Of a stretch of DNA of 64,000 nt, positions 1 to 12,846 are shown one piece after another. The stretch is taken from NCBI RefSeq assembly GCF_006345805.1, contig NC_043008.1, forward strand, positions 50,592,001 to 50,656,000, read 5' to 3'. Within the stretch, counting starts at the first letter, position 1. The number at the start of each line of letters is the position of its first letter. This DNA is from Octopus sinensis (lineage: Eukaryota). The notes under the pieces were generated by a model. That model was not told where the DNA came from. It saw only the letters and a program-made list of their open reading frames with translations, and did no database searches. Made by a program: the position numbers and the translations under genes.

Positions 1-714
1 TCATCATTATTTAATGTCCGTGTTCCATGCTAGCTTGGGTTGGATGGTACCACAAGAGCTGGCCAGGCCAATGCCTGCACCAGACTTCCTGTACATGTAC
101 AGATGTGTTGTGTGTATGTCTCTCCTTGTCTTGCCATTGCATGCTAGATGTAAATGTGGGTCCCTATCATACAAGCAATGGCATTCATTTCCAGTATTTT
201 GCAAAATGTCTGGCCAGCCATGGGGGAAATATTACCTTGCTCGGAATATAGGTGAGGGTTGGTGATAGGAATTGGCATCCAGCCATAGAAAAATCTGTCT
301 CAATTAGACTGGCACATGTGAACAAGGAAAAGTGGAGGTTAAAACGATGACGAAGATAAAATATGTAGGTGTGAAGTCAACCGAGTTGTTAGCACATCAG
401 ATAAATGGAAATGCAGTATTCACTCCAGTTGTCTGCACACTTGAGTTCAAATTGTGTCAACGTTAGCTGAGCCTTTCCTCCTTTCAGTGTGTTAATCAAG
501 TACCAGTCCAATACTAGGATCAATACCCCCCCCCCACTCCTGTCGCCTCTCTGAAAGAAATCAGCTGTTTTCAGATCTGAAGAGAGATGGGTCCCAGCAG
601 GATTTTTAAAAAAATGCCCATGACATATCATACACTGCAACAATGCTTCTGCAACCTCATCAAGGGTTAAGGCAATACGTAAGTATATAGAGTTGGGATC
701 TGGGGCCCAATCGG

Positions 715-908
715 TTGCATGCCAGGAAAAATGCTTAGCAGCATTTCAGGCATTTGTACGTTCTAAGTTCAAATTCTGCCACGGTCGACTTTACTTTTCA
801 TCCCTTCAGGGTTGATGAAATAAGTACCAGCTGAGCACTGGGGGTTGATGTAATCGACTTAACCCCTCTACTGAAATTGCTGGCCTTGTGCAAAAATTTG
901 AAACCAAC
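715..908 (+). mobile_element. Nin-domain-type tRNA-derived SINE (degenerate copy)
   Basis: GTTCTAAGTTCAAATTC B-box-like segment followed by CTTTTCATCCCTTCAGGGTTGATGAAATAAGTACCAG, a motif recurring many times in the window. Confidence 0.7.
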
Positions 909-998
909 ATAGGGTGCATATACACACACACACACACACACACATAGGAGAGGAGAAGAATTTAACAATCTTTTATTTTCTTCATTTTACTTTTCCAA

Positions 999-1387
999 GG
1001 CACAGGGGTGGCAGTGTGGCAAAAAGCTTGCTTCTTAACTACATGGTTTTGGGTTCAATCCCATTGCACAGCACCTTCAACAAGTGTCTTCTATAACCCC
1101 TGAGCCAACCAAAGCCTTGTGAGTGGATCTGGTAGATGGAAACTGAAAGAAGCTCATATTGTGTGTGTGTGCATGCGTCTGTTTGTCCCTCACCACTGCT
1201 TGACAAATGATGCTGGTGTTTATGACCCCATAACTTGGTGGATTGGCAAAAGTGACCAGGTTTTAAAAAGATATAGATTAAAAATTCTTTTTTTAAACTG
1301 GGTTGTCGATTTAATTGACTATAATTTCCCAAAGGTGGTGCCTCAGCATGGCCACAATCTCATAACCGAAACAAATAAAAGATAAAA
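999..1387 (+). mobile_element. tRNA-derived SINE, family with head GGCGCAGGAGTGGCTGTGTGG
   Basis: A-box/B-box-like head (TGGCAGTGTGG, GGTTCAATCC), body ACCAAAGCCTTGTGAGTGGAT...GAAACTGAAAGAAG, tail CAGCATGGCCACA...GAAACAAATAAAAGA; many homologues in window. Confidence 0.75.
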
Positions 1388-3321
1388 TGTACTTTTAAAT
1401 TCAGACTGTATTTCAAATGAGATTTGAATTCAGAATGTGAAGAAACCTAATAACCTCTTACAACAACTATGAAAAAAAGAAAAAAAAAAATTTAAAAAAC
1501 CCCCTACACATGACTGTCTCGAGTCCTAGGCCTCATGGGGCCAGTTATCTGATTCCCATAGTGTGGAAGTGATGAAATCACCCCAACACCTCTGCTGAAT
1601 GGGACGACAGCCAGTCGGAAGTTGATTCATTTGCAGCAATGTGGCATGAAGTGCTTTCACTCCCAAACACAACAGTGATCTTGTGACACCATGAGAGCAA
1701 CACCTTAACTACCAAGTCACGCGCATTCACACAACAACACCAAACAGCCACAAACAGGTCAGCACAACTGGGTGGAGAATGATAAATATAGCTGACCTCA
1801 AAACAAAACCCTGTCCTTATCTCTATCAACCATGGCGAGAAAGGCAAGGGCTCTGGCTTTGAGATTCTGCCCCTGGATACAAAAAGGGCCTGCCCCATGT
1901 TACAGTTAACTAACTTATTAAGACCTCATAACCATTTTCACCCACCCTTTTCATAGTAAACACTTCTCTAGAAACTAGGTTACATCCACCATTATTATAA
2001 AGTGGGATGGGTCTCGGTTGGGAGAGAAAATTGATTTTGGTCAGGTTTTATTTTTCATTTGTTTCTTTCTTTTTAAGAGAGTTGCATTTCCCATCTCCTA
2101 ATTGCTGAACTATTAAATGTAAATGAAACTTTATCTTTGTCAAACAGGTGAGACATAAATTTATCAGACAGGTATATATCTCAATAAATGCTATTTATTC
2201 TCAATAAACAACACATATACATTACCCGCAATAAAGTTTGATCTGTTGACTATGCCATCCATGGTTCAGTACCTTAGTTTCATATCTGTTGTGTCTAACA
2301 TAGGCCCAGGGTCACAAATTTAACGAAAAAGGGGTTAGATGATTAACCCTTTTGACAGCAATTTATCTAAGACCACTCTTTACTCCATGATGCAAACCTC
2401 CTGTTTTAATTTAGGTTTCAAACACCAGCTTAATAATGACAAACTTATTTTACTAAATTCATTATTTTTAAGAAAACAAGTGAAGCAAAGAGTATTACAA
2501 CAATCGAGATCTGTTAATGAAAGGGGGAAACCTACTGCAGCACTTGACTGTTACTTTATTTTATAGACCCTGGAGGGATAAAAAGCAAAGCTGACTTCGG
2601 CAGGATTTGAACTCGGCACAGTGTTTTGCCTGACCCTGACAATTTTGCCAATTCATGTAACAATGATGATGATTTCTAACACAATTCAGACACACACACA
2701 CACACACATGCATGTGACAATGGTGGACGTGGTAGTAGTAGCAGCAGCAGCAGCAGCAGCAGTAACCATTTATACACATACTCAATACATACATGTAACA
2801 GTAGTAGTAGTAATAGTAGTAGTAGCAGCAACAGCAGCAGCTGTGGCCGTTTAAGTTGTTTCAGCGTAACAAGCCACATATGGTGCATATACAAAATGTG
2901 TGATTGCACTAATTGCACTAATTGCACAATGATCTCTCTTTTTGTTTGGGTAGGAAAGAGAAAAAAAGTCTCAATACTTTTATGGTTCCGAGTTCATTTT
3001 CAAAACAATGGGAAAAAAAGAAAAAAAAAAACCAAAATATTTTTATTGACTTTGACTCGAGTCATGTGGACATGACTCTCAGTCAAAACATAAACGGCTC
3101 AGTTTGATAGCAAAGCTGAAGTCTCGAATGCAGATTGATTTTGCAAACCAACAAGAAAAGAAAAAAAAAATTGCCTGAAAGGAAAAGAAGAAAAGTTTTC
3201 GTTAAGTGTCCACACCCTTTTTAAAATAACAACAGCTTTGTAAATAGTTTTTAGACCTTGAAGGAATGAGAACAAATCGGAGTGAGTGAGTGAGTGAGTT
3301 AGCTGGTGTGTATGATTTAGT

Positions 3322-3640
3322 GAAGGTGCATGGCTTAGTGGTTAGGGGCATTTAGCTCATGATCGTAAAGTCATGAGTTCAATTCCAGCCCACGCGTTGT
3401 GTCCTTGAGCAAAACACTTTATTTCACGTTGCTCCAGTCCACTCAACTGCCGAAAATGAATTGTACTTGTATTTCAAAGAGCCGGTCTTGTCACACTTTG
3501 TGTCATGCTGAATCTCCCTGAGAACTACATTAAGGGTTCACGTGTTCGTGGGGTGCTCAGCCATTTGTACATTAATTTCATGAGCAGGCTGTTCCGTTGA
3601 TCGTATCAGCTGTTGTCGCAACTGATGGAGTGCTCCTATA
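3322..3640 (+). mobile_element. tRNA-derived SINE with GTGTCCTTGAGCAA central domain
   Basis: TGGCTTAGTGG A-box, GAGTTCAATTCC B-box, GTGTCCTTGAGCAAAACACTT domain; homologous pieces near 8.9-9.35 kb and 61.0-61.27 kb (minus). Confidence 0.7.
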
Positions 3641-3946
3641 TGATTTAGTGACTCATAAAATGCATCCTAATCCTTTACCATTCAAATTATTCTGTCAGAT
3701 GTAATGCTTATGCATTCACATTGGTTTGAATTAATCATGGATTATCTCATAGCTTTGAGATTTCAATGATGTAATTGTTTATGTTTGAACTCAGAGCGTA
3801 GGGACAGATGAGGTGCCAAAGGGCATTTTGTACAATGCGCCAGTGATTAAGCCATCTTACTGCCTTAGTGTTTTCAAATAACCCAGACCAACCAAAGCCT
3901 TGTGAATGGATTTAGTAGATGGAAACTGAAAGAAGCCCATTATGGA

Positions 3947-4560
3947 AGATGCACAGGTACAATAAACACTGAAAATGTACAGAAATTAGACTCCATCAAC
4001 TGCCAGGGGCACGAACTACAGGTAGTAGATAGCTTCCATTATCTAGGCGACCAAGTTAGTAGCAGAGGTGGATGCTCAAGAGCATAGCTGTGAGAATAAG
4101 ATTAGGCTGGGTAAAGTTCAGAGAGCTCCCACCTCTGCTGGCAACTAAAGGCCTCTCTTTTGGAATGAAAGGCAGATTGTATGATGCCTGTGTGTGAACA
4201 GCTATGCTACATGGCAGTAAAACATGGGCTGTGACAGCTGAGGTCATGCATAGGCTTGAAAGAAATTAAGCCAGCATACTTTGCTGGATATGCAATATCA
4301 GTGTGCATACACAACAGAGTGTAAGCACCCTGAGAGAAAAGTTAGGCATAAGAGGCATCCAAATTGGTGTGCAAGAGAGACGACTGTGCTGGTATGGTTA
4401 TGTGATGCATATGGACGAGGACAGCTGTGTAAAGAAGTGCTGATCTCTAACTGTAGAGGGAACCTGCGGTAGAGCTAGACCCAAGAAGACATGAGATGAG
4501 GTGGTGAAGCATGATCTTCAAACTTTCAGCCTCACGGAGGCAATGACTAGTGACTGAGAC
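3947..4560 (+). mobile_element. Decayed RTE-clade LINE, RT C-terminal region to 3' end
   Basis: Translation with stops: VVDSFHYLGDQVS...GWVKFRELPPLL...KGRLYDACV...LCWYGYVMHMDEDSC...GRARPKKT, typical of RTE ORF ends. Confidence 0.85.
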
Positions 4561-4644
4561 CTGTGCCCCGGTCCAGCCATAGCCAAATGATCAAAACAAA
4601 TAAAAGATAAAAGGAAAATGGAAATAAAATAAAAAATGAATTCA

Positions 4645-5043
<399 letters not shown>

Positions 5044-5231
5044 TCAAAAACAAAGACACATCTATATGTGTGCAAATATGAAAGTGCATGTGTGTGTGTG
5101 TGTATGTGTGTGTGTGTGTGTGTATATCTCAAGACTGGAGCCCACAGTCAAACTGTCCAACCCATGCTAGCATGGAAAGCGGACATTAAACGATGATGAT
5201 GATGATGTATATAATGATATATATATATATA

Positions 5232-5332
5232 ATAATTAAACAAAACACAGGTACCTGTACAATAGTGTGAAGTGGTGCAGATGATCAGTGTCCACAAAAT
5301 CAATGTTATACCTGTCTACTCGTGTGTGCGTG

Positions 5333-5384
<52 letters not shown>

Positions 5385-5485
5385 CACGCACACACGAGTA
5401 CACAGGTATAACATTGATTTTGTGGACACTGATCATCTGTACTACTTCACACTCTTGTACAGGTATCTGTGTTTCATTTAATTAT
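5232..5485. repeat. 254-bp palindrome centred on a (TA)n tract
   Basis: Arms 5232-5338 and 5379-5485 are reverse complements (about 7 mismatches in 107 nt by eye); spacer is (TA)n. Confidence 0.95.
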
Positions 5486-6290
5486 TTCAGTAAATTTTAC
5501 ATTTCCTCCCTTCTTTTTTTTCCATTTTAGCTTTTTGGTGTGTTTGTAACGTTTTTGTTTTATATATGATGAATGCTATGTAAACCCGGTACAGCTAAAT
5601 GCTTCAGAATGTTTTTGACAAAAAGGTTTTAATTTAGGTCATTTTAAATCAGGAAGGTCGTATAATAGAATCAGAGGCAATCTTAGGCAGGTTGCTATCA
5701 AAAAGAGAGAAATAATGGGGGGTTACAACATTGGATTCAGAAATAGGGTGGTTGAAGCACTTTTAAGAAAAAAGAAAAAACAAAAGGAAAGGAAAGCACT
5801 AGACCTACATCAAGTAATAAGGACACTAGAGAAAGTGATCAACAAGCTGAGACAAACGTCATCGCTTATTTATTAGCCTGTGAAAATCCTGGTTAACCCT
5901 GACAGATAAGGAAAGAGATATGGTAGTGGTGAGGGTGGTTGTGATCATGGAAAGGGTCGTGGTGGTTTTGACCAGTGACTATTCAACTGTCCAATCACCT
6001 GAATTACCTGCTCCTAAAGTAATGTGTAAGTGACCGAGTATTCCACAGACATGTGTAGCCTTAGTGTAAATTCTCAAGTAGAATCAGCATGGCATAAAGT
6101 ATGTGAAAAAAGCTGTAGTTTTTTAAATATATGGGATTAACTAGGTTCTGTTTACTCAATTCCCTTGTGCAGAGATTACCAAAAAATGTGGGAATAAACC
6201 AGGGACCTCAAGGTTGCAAAGCAAAATTCTAAACCATTTGGCTGTACTGGGTTTACAGAGTATTCATTGTATGTGTGTGTGTGTGTGTGT

Positions 6291-6373
<83 letters not shown>

Positions 6374-6376
<3 letters not shown>

Positions 6377-6648
6377 CCTTACTAGCACTTGTGCCGCTGG
6401 ACTGGCTCCTGTGCAGGTGGCACATAAAAAGCACCATTTGAGTGTGGCCGTTGCAAGTACCGCCTGACTGGCCCTTGTGCCGGTGGCTTGTAAAAGCACC
6501 CACTACACTCTCGGAGTGGTTGGTGTTAGGAAGGGCATCCAGCTGTAGAAACTTGGCCAGATCAGATTGGAGCCTGGTGGAGCCATCTGGTTTGCCAGAC
6601 CTCAGTCAAATCGTCCAACCCATGCTAGCATTAACGATGATGATGATA
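6374..6648 (+). mobile_element. RTE-tailed non-autonomous element with (GAT)n tail
   Basis: GTGCCGGTGGC...GTAAAAGCACC modules, GTTAGGAAGGGCATCCAGCTGTAGAAAC, and AACCCATGCTAGCA...ACGATGATGATGAT end; more than 15 copies or fragments in window. Confidence 0.75.
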
Positions 6649-7049
6649 TATATTATATAGATATGTGTGTGTGTGTAGAAAGTGTCAGGAAAAAAAAAAG
6701 CTGAAATGAAAAAAAGGCAAGAAGTACAGAATATTTTTGTTGTTAGACTTTTCCATGGCCTTCATAAGTTGGAAGATCCTATTTATGGTAAATCCAACAT
6801 TCAGGGATTCATTACTCCTAAAGGAGGAACCTCTCCTAGACCCCCTCCACCGCTGTCTCTGGCCAGTCATGGCCAGGAGGCCCCAGGTAGCAGTTCCCAA
6901 ACAGTTTCTGCAATGTTGGTCTTAGTAGTATGGATTGACAGAATTGTGAAAGTGTCCCATAAAATATTTAGCAGGGGGTCTTCTCACATTCTGCACTTAA
7001 ATGCCACTAGAGCCCAGATATATTTTTTACAGGTCATTGTAAATATTGG

Positions 7050-7700
7050 TTTCAAATCTAGGAACAAGGTCAGCAATTTTGGGGGAGGGATCAAGTCAAT
7101 TACATCAACCCCAGTGCGTAACTGGTACTTATTTTATTGACCCAGAAAAGATGAAAGGCGAAGCTGACACCAGCAGAATTTGAACTCAGAACGTAAAGAT
7201 GGACGAAATGCCGCTGAGCATTTTGCTTGGTCTGCTAATGATTCTGCAAATAATAATCCTTCCTACTAAAGGCCTGAAATTTTGGGGAAGGGGAGCAGTC
7301 AATTACATTGACCCCAGTGTTTCACTGGTACTTAATTTACTGACCCCGAAAGGATGAAAGGCAAAGTCAACCTCAGCAGAATTTCAACTCAGAACATAAA
7401 GACGGACGAAACACCACTAAGCACTTCGCCCGGTGTGCAAAAGATTCTGCCAGCTCACCATCTTCAATAATAATCCTTTCTATTGAAAGCACAAGGACTG
7501 AAATTTTTTTTGGGGGGGGGGATGGGACTAGCTGATTACATTGACCCCCAGTGTTTTACTGGTACTTAATTTATTGACCCCGAAAAGATAAAAGGCAAAG
7601 TCAACCTCGGCGGAATTTCAACTCAGAACATAGTGACAACTGAAACACCGCTGAGCATCTTGTCCAGCGTGCTAATGATTCTGTCAGCACACCACCTTAA
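7050..7700 (-). mobile_element. Head-to-tail trimer of Nin-domain SINE
   Basis: Three successive copies of ACCCCAGTG..CTGGTACTTA..GACCCCGAAAGGATGAAAGGC..GAATTT(G/C)AACTCAGAAC, separated by AATAATAATCCT linkers. Confidence 0.8.
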
Positions 7701-9019
7701 TAATAATAATAATAATCATAATAATTATAATTATAATAATAATGATTATAATAATAATATAATCATAATAATAATAATAATAATGATAAATAGTTAAGAG
7801 AGAGAGAGACTGTCATCAAGAAATATGACATTTAATCATTAACACAAAAAATCGTTAGAATGTCATTAAAGCTGACTAAGTATGGTCGTGTTAACAGAAA
7901 AGACAACATTTCAGCATTGATCTTGTAAACAAGGGCAAAGAGAAGGCAAGAGGTTGTCAAAACATAAAACAAAGTCAGCATTTTATAGCCAATATTGCAT
8001 TACACTGATACCACCAGATGGTGTTGACAACAACACAGGAAGCAGGTTAAGACTTATTTAATATAAAGGTTGGCAAAACAACTTGGAAATTTGAGAGAAA
8101 ACAGGATTAAAAAAAAAAAAATGAAGTAGTTGAACCATTAACAGCTGTAAGTAAAACCTTTTGAAAGGAAAATAGATTTATACATAACAAAAGATTCATA
8201 TGAGAATGAAACAATGGCATAAAAACCAATAAGTGAGGTGTAGAATTCCATTTCTTCTTTGTCCTGTATTGTTTACTCAAAGCAAGAAACAATTGACTGA
8301 ACATTAATAAAAGAATAAGTGAATACACACACACACACACACACACATACCAGCTTGCCAGCTCTGGTCAAACCGTCCAACCCATGCCAGCATGGACAAC
8401 GGATGTTAACTGATGATACATTTGGTGTTTGTCAACACTCTAGTCCCCGGAATCAAGCAATGCCTTGTGAAAGAATTTGGAGGGGGAAACTGAAGGAAAC
8501 TCACACACACACAGCAATATACGAATGATGTTTCCTGCTTGTTGCCAGTTTAAAGCTAATTGGTGATGATTTTCACAGTCCATGTTGACATTATGACCAG
8601 CCACTCTGCACTTTCTAAGACCCTTGGAATAAAAAAAAATCCCCTATTTAAAACAGGTAAAGGTCATTGATAAGAAGAGCACCCAGCCCTAAATGCTTCC
8701 CTTAAATATTTCCCTGGACCAACATCTTGTCAAATGTAGGTTCGCAACATGTCGAATGCGGGTTAACTTAATGTTGACGGAACCAAAAGTATAATTTTAT
8801 TTAATTAAAAATATTCCTGTAACGAAGGGAGTGCAATCATTAACTCTAATGATTTGTTCTACACATAATCCATGTTGTGTCCTTAAGCAAGACATTTTAT
8901 TTTACATTACTTCATCCCACTCAGCCAGCAAAAGTGAGTTGTACCTGTATTTCAAAGGGCCAGTATTCTGTGTCATGTTGAATACCCCTGAGAAATACAT
9001 TAAGGATATGTGTGTCTGT

Positions 9020-9241
9020 GGCGGTGAGCTGGCAGAAATGTTAGCACACCAGCCAAAATGCTTAGCGGTATTTCGTCTGCCGCTACGTTCTGAGTTCAAA
9101 TTCTGCCGAGGTTGACTTTGCCTTTCATCCTTTCAGGGTCGATAAATTAATTACCAATTACGCACTGTGGTCGATATAATCGACTTAATCCGTTTGTCCT
9201 CTCTGTGTTTAGCCCCTTGTGAGTAGTAAAGAAATAGGCAC
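9020..9241 (+). mobile_element. Full-length Nin-domain SINE nested in another SINE
   Basis: Head GGCGGTGAGCTGGCAGAAA, tail GTAAAGAAATA; GTGTGTCTGTGG duplicated at 9010-9021 and 9242-9253 (TSD). Confidence 0.8.
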
Positions 9242-10503
9242 GTGTGTCTGTGGTGTATTCAGCCACTTGCATGTTAATTTCACAAGTAGGCAGATCCAGG
9301 GATCCGATCAACTGGAACCCTTGTCATCATAACTGAGGGAGTACCAGCTCTACACCTAACTGGGCACAAGAATAGCCAAGTGGTTAAGATGTTGCTTGTG
9401 CAATTGTATGGTACAAAGTTTGATGTCAGTGTGCAGCACCTTTGCCAAATATTTTCTTCCATAAATTTGGGTCTGAGTCAGTTAATATGCTGTGAATGAA
9501 ATTTGGCAGATGCAAGCATGAGGAAGCCCATCATGTGAAATTATAGGTGTGTGCATGTGTGTGTGCTATTTATGCTTGTATGTATGTATGTATAATTGCC
9601 AATTTTGTACAAGATATTGTAGATCTTTGGCTGGGCTAAAAAGTCACATTCGATCACTGCACCAGTAACAGTTAAGCTTCGTGCAATGGCCATACTCGAT
9701 AAAGAGGGGGCAGCCATAAATGTATGTATGTATCAGTGTGGCAAACAACAAGTTCCTCGTGACATTCAAGTACCCAATCACCTTACTTTCAGCATTGTTT
9801 TAATGTCTATTTTCCCCCCATACTTGCGTGGGTCAGACGAGTGTATGTTAGTGCAAAGTTTTCTAACAACAGATTCCTTTCCTGTCACCAGAACCCACCT
9901 GCTTCCCAGTGATATAGTAAATCTCCCAGTCTAACAAACAACAAACAGCCTGGACATGGTTATGTGGAAAAGTGGAAACAAATGACACGGAGACAAGCCT
10001 TTTGTTTACAAAGATTGTGCAACATGTCAAGAAACCCTGGATGTGCTTTTGTAGTGGAGACTGCCAGCAGCTGACACTTAATGAAGCCACTGGTGACAAC
10101 TGTCAAGTGAAACTCATATGGAGACAAGAAGGAAACACACACACACCATTTCATCATCATCATCATCGTTTAACATCCGCTTTCCATGCTAGCATGGGTT
10201 GGACGATTTGACTGAGGTCTGGCGAACCAGATGGCTGCACCAGACTCCAATCTTGATCTGGCAGAGTTTCTACAGCTGGATGCCCTTCCTAATGCCAATT
10301 ATTTATTATTTTTTTTAGTTTCCAACAACCAAATCCACTTACAAGGCTTTAGGGGCTGTAATAGAAGAAACATGCCCAAAGAACTATGCAGTGAAACGGA
10401 ACCCAAAACCTCATGCTTGTGAAGTGACACTTTAACCATACATCCATGCCTGCATGAGGACCACTGGAGTAAACCTTTCAAGATGGTGCCCCAGCATGGC
10501 CAC

Positions 10504-11480
10504 AGTCCAATGAGTGAAACAAATAGAAGATAAAGGATGCTATGCAGTACAGAGAAGCATTAAATCTTTGTTTACTGTTCTAATAAAATAATATCTAGTT
10601 CAAATATGGTCCCAGTATTTGCCATGTATCATAGAGCTGCAACCTCTTGTGCTTCAAATAACTTAGATCAGTTTTGCCATCAATTATTTTCTTCATGAAG
10701 ACAGACAGGCAAACGGACCGTAGGAGGGAATAAACCTCATATTAGAGATTCATGAATATGCAATGATGTCCAGATACACACTTTCAATGAACTTTTGCTA
10801 GTTGGTTGCAACTTGGTATTCTAGGCTGCTTCGTTTTGAGCGTGTTATGGTTCACGCTCAAAACACACGATTCCTAATTCGACATGGCAGGATGTTGCTT
10901 AGCAGAACATTTATCTACTACAAGGGCAGTCTTCTAATAATGAAATTCAAAGAGCTCTCCTTGGTTTATGTCCAAGACCATGTTATTATTTAACCTCGGA
11001 ATAAATGGAGACCTATCATCAAATAAGAGATACTAACAATTCTTTCTTTTTTTTTTTTTTGGAGAGACAGTAATAATTGTCCGACATTATTGAAATTTTA
11101 GTACATCATTTTCTAATAAGCTGACCTGCCAACACCTTTAATTCTAGATTGAAGGAAACAGTAACAACACTCTGAACATACCCTACTAAAAATTGCTCGT
11201 CACAATTCCATCCTGGTAACCAACTACTTGACAGAAATGGGGATCAAAAGTGCCCCTTGCACTAGTGAGATTGCCAAGTAACCCGCAAGATAGGAAAGGT
11301 GCTGTCGAGTGCCACTGGTAAAATGTAACCCAATACAATCTGTTGCACAGCTCGGCTGATGGTAACTAAACTGACAACCACCACCAAACCAATAGGGTTT
11401 AAGCCTCCTGCAGGATGGAAAAGAAGATATGCAAAAGAGCACAGGACCTTAGAAGAGTGAACAGCCATCCAATTACGTGA

Positions 11481-11520
<40 letters not shown>

Positions 11521-12226
11521 TAGATATATCATCATCATCATAAGCATCCGTTGTCTATGCTGGCATGGGTTGGATGGTTTGACCAGGACTGGTAAGCTGA
11601 AAGGCTGCACCAGACTCCAGCTTGATTTGGCATGATTTCCACGGCTGGATGCCATTCCTAACGCCAACCACTCCGAGAGTATAATATATATATGTCGTTG
11701 AATCACCAAATATAGAGTATTCTTTAATGCCATTATAACTGAAAGACGCTGGTTTCCAGGATTCAGAGGTATTCGTTTCCAAACATCAGCTGGTAAACCA
11801 AGCCAGATTTTCTTCTGAAATATCCATTGTCTGAATATTTTTTCAAATATGAAATGAAAGTTTGAAAACAACACCTCTTTATATTCCTGTTTAAAAAGCT
11901 TTTTGAATGACACGTGTGATAACACATGCTTCAAGCCCACGCTTTTCATTTCATTTCTGGTTCTCACGAATTCCATTCTAAAAGTCTGAAGCATATTGCT
12001 CATTGAATTTAAAGGAAAACCTTTGTACCAACCTTCTACTATCAATAAACACACTGATATTGGTTGTCAAGTGATGTTGAGGGACAAATACAGACACACA
12101 CACATATACATATATATATACACACACATAGGCATATATACATACATACACGCATACACACACACATGCATACATATACACGCATACATACATACACACA
12201 CACATACATACATAGACATTTATCTA

Positions 12227-12276
<50 letters not shown>

Positions 12277-12846
12277 CGCACACACACACATATAAAATCA
12301 GCTATCTTGTCTCCAGCCCTTAAGCTTGTTCACACATACACAGGGACCCTAGACAGGTGAAAGGACAAAACACAAGATCTTGACAACATAAAAACCACAT
12401 AAGACTAGATTTACATCCTGATTTACTGCTGTTTAACAGCAAATAACTTATTTACTCAGAAAGAAACCAAGCTTATATAGCAATACCATCAAATAGACAA
12501 ATAAATAACACTCTTAATCAAAAAGATACTAATTCAAGGTAATTATCGATTTGAATAAATTATTTTTATGTCCTCTATTACCCGAATAATTGTTGGGTTT
12601 GTAATTTCACATAGAATTTTAGCCAGAAATCCCGAAGTATTTTTACGACTATTTACATCTAATCCAGTCAACTCTTCGGTCAGCCAGGCAGACTGACACG
12701 AACCTATTGTTGACCAGAGACCCACAATCCAAGCGTTGTTTAAACAATCAAGAACGATATTTGAACTAGATATTATTTTATTAGATCTAATGCTTCTCTG
12801 TACTACATGGCATCCTTTATCTTCTATTTGGTTCACTCATTGGACT
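10504..12846. repeat. Pair of about 90-100 bp inverted repeats (10504-10607 / 12757-12846) bracketing about 2.1 kb
   Basis: AGTCCAATGAGTGAAACAAATAGAAGATAAAGGATGCTATGCAGTACAGAGAAGCATTA...TAATAAAATAATATCTAGTTCAAATAT reappears reverse-complemented with few substitutions and one 13-nt indel. Confidence 0.9.
10680..11010 (-). pseudogene. Possible highly decayed pogo/Tigger-type DDE transposase fragment
   Basis: Minus translation GELFE...ALVVDKCSA..HP...QP...KVH*K loosely follows the DDE_1 motif order (LLVDNCSAH...LQP...KAHY); weak. Confidence 0.25.

Noticed and set aside
6682-7140. 152-aa plus ORF
   Set aside because: Starts in (TG)n/poly-A, ends in a SINE, no recognisable domain or splice support
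11160-11400. Tc1/IS630-like transposase remnant (LVTNYLTEMGIK...CNPI)
   Set aside because: Multiple stops and too little similarity to support without a search
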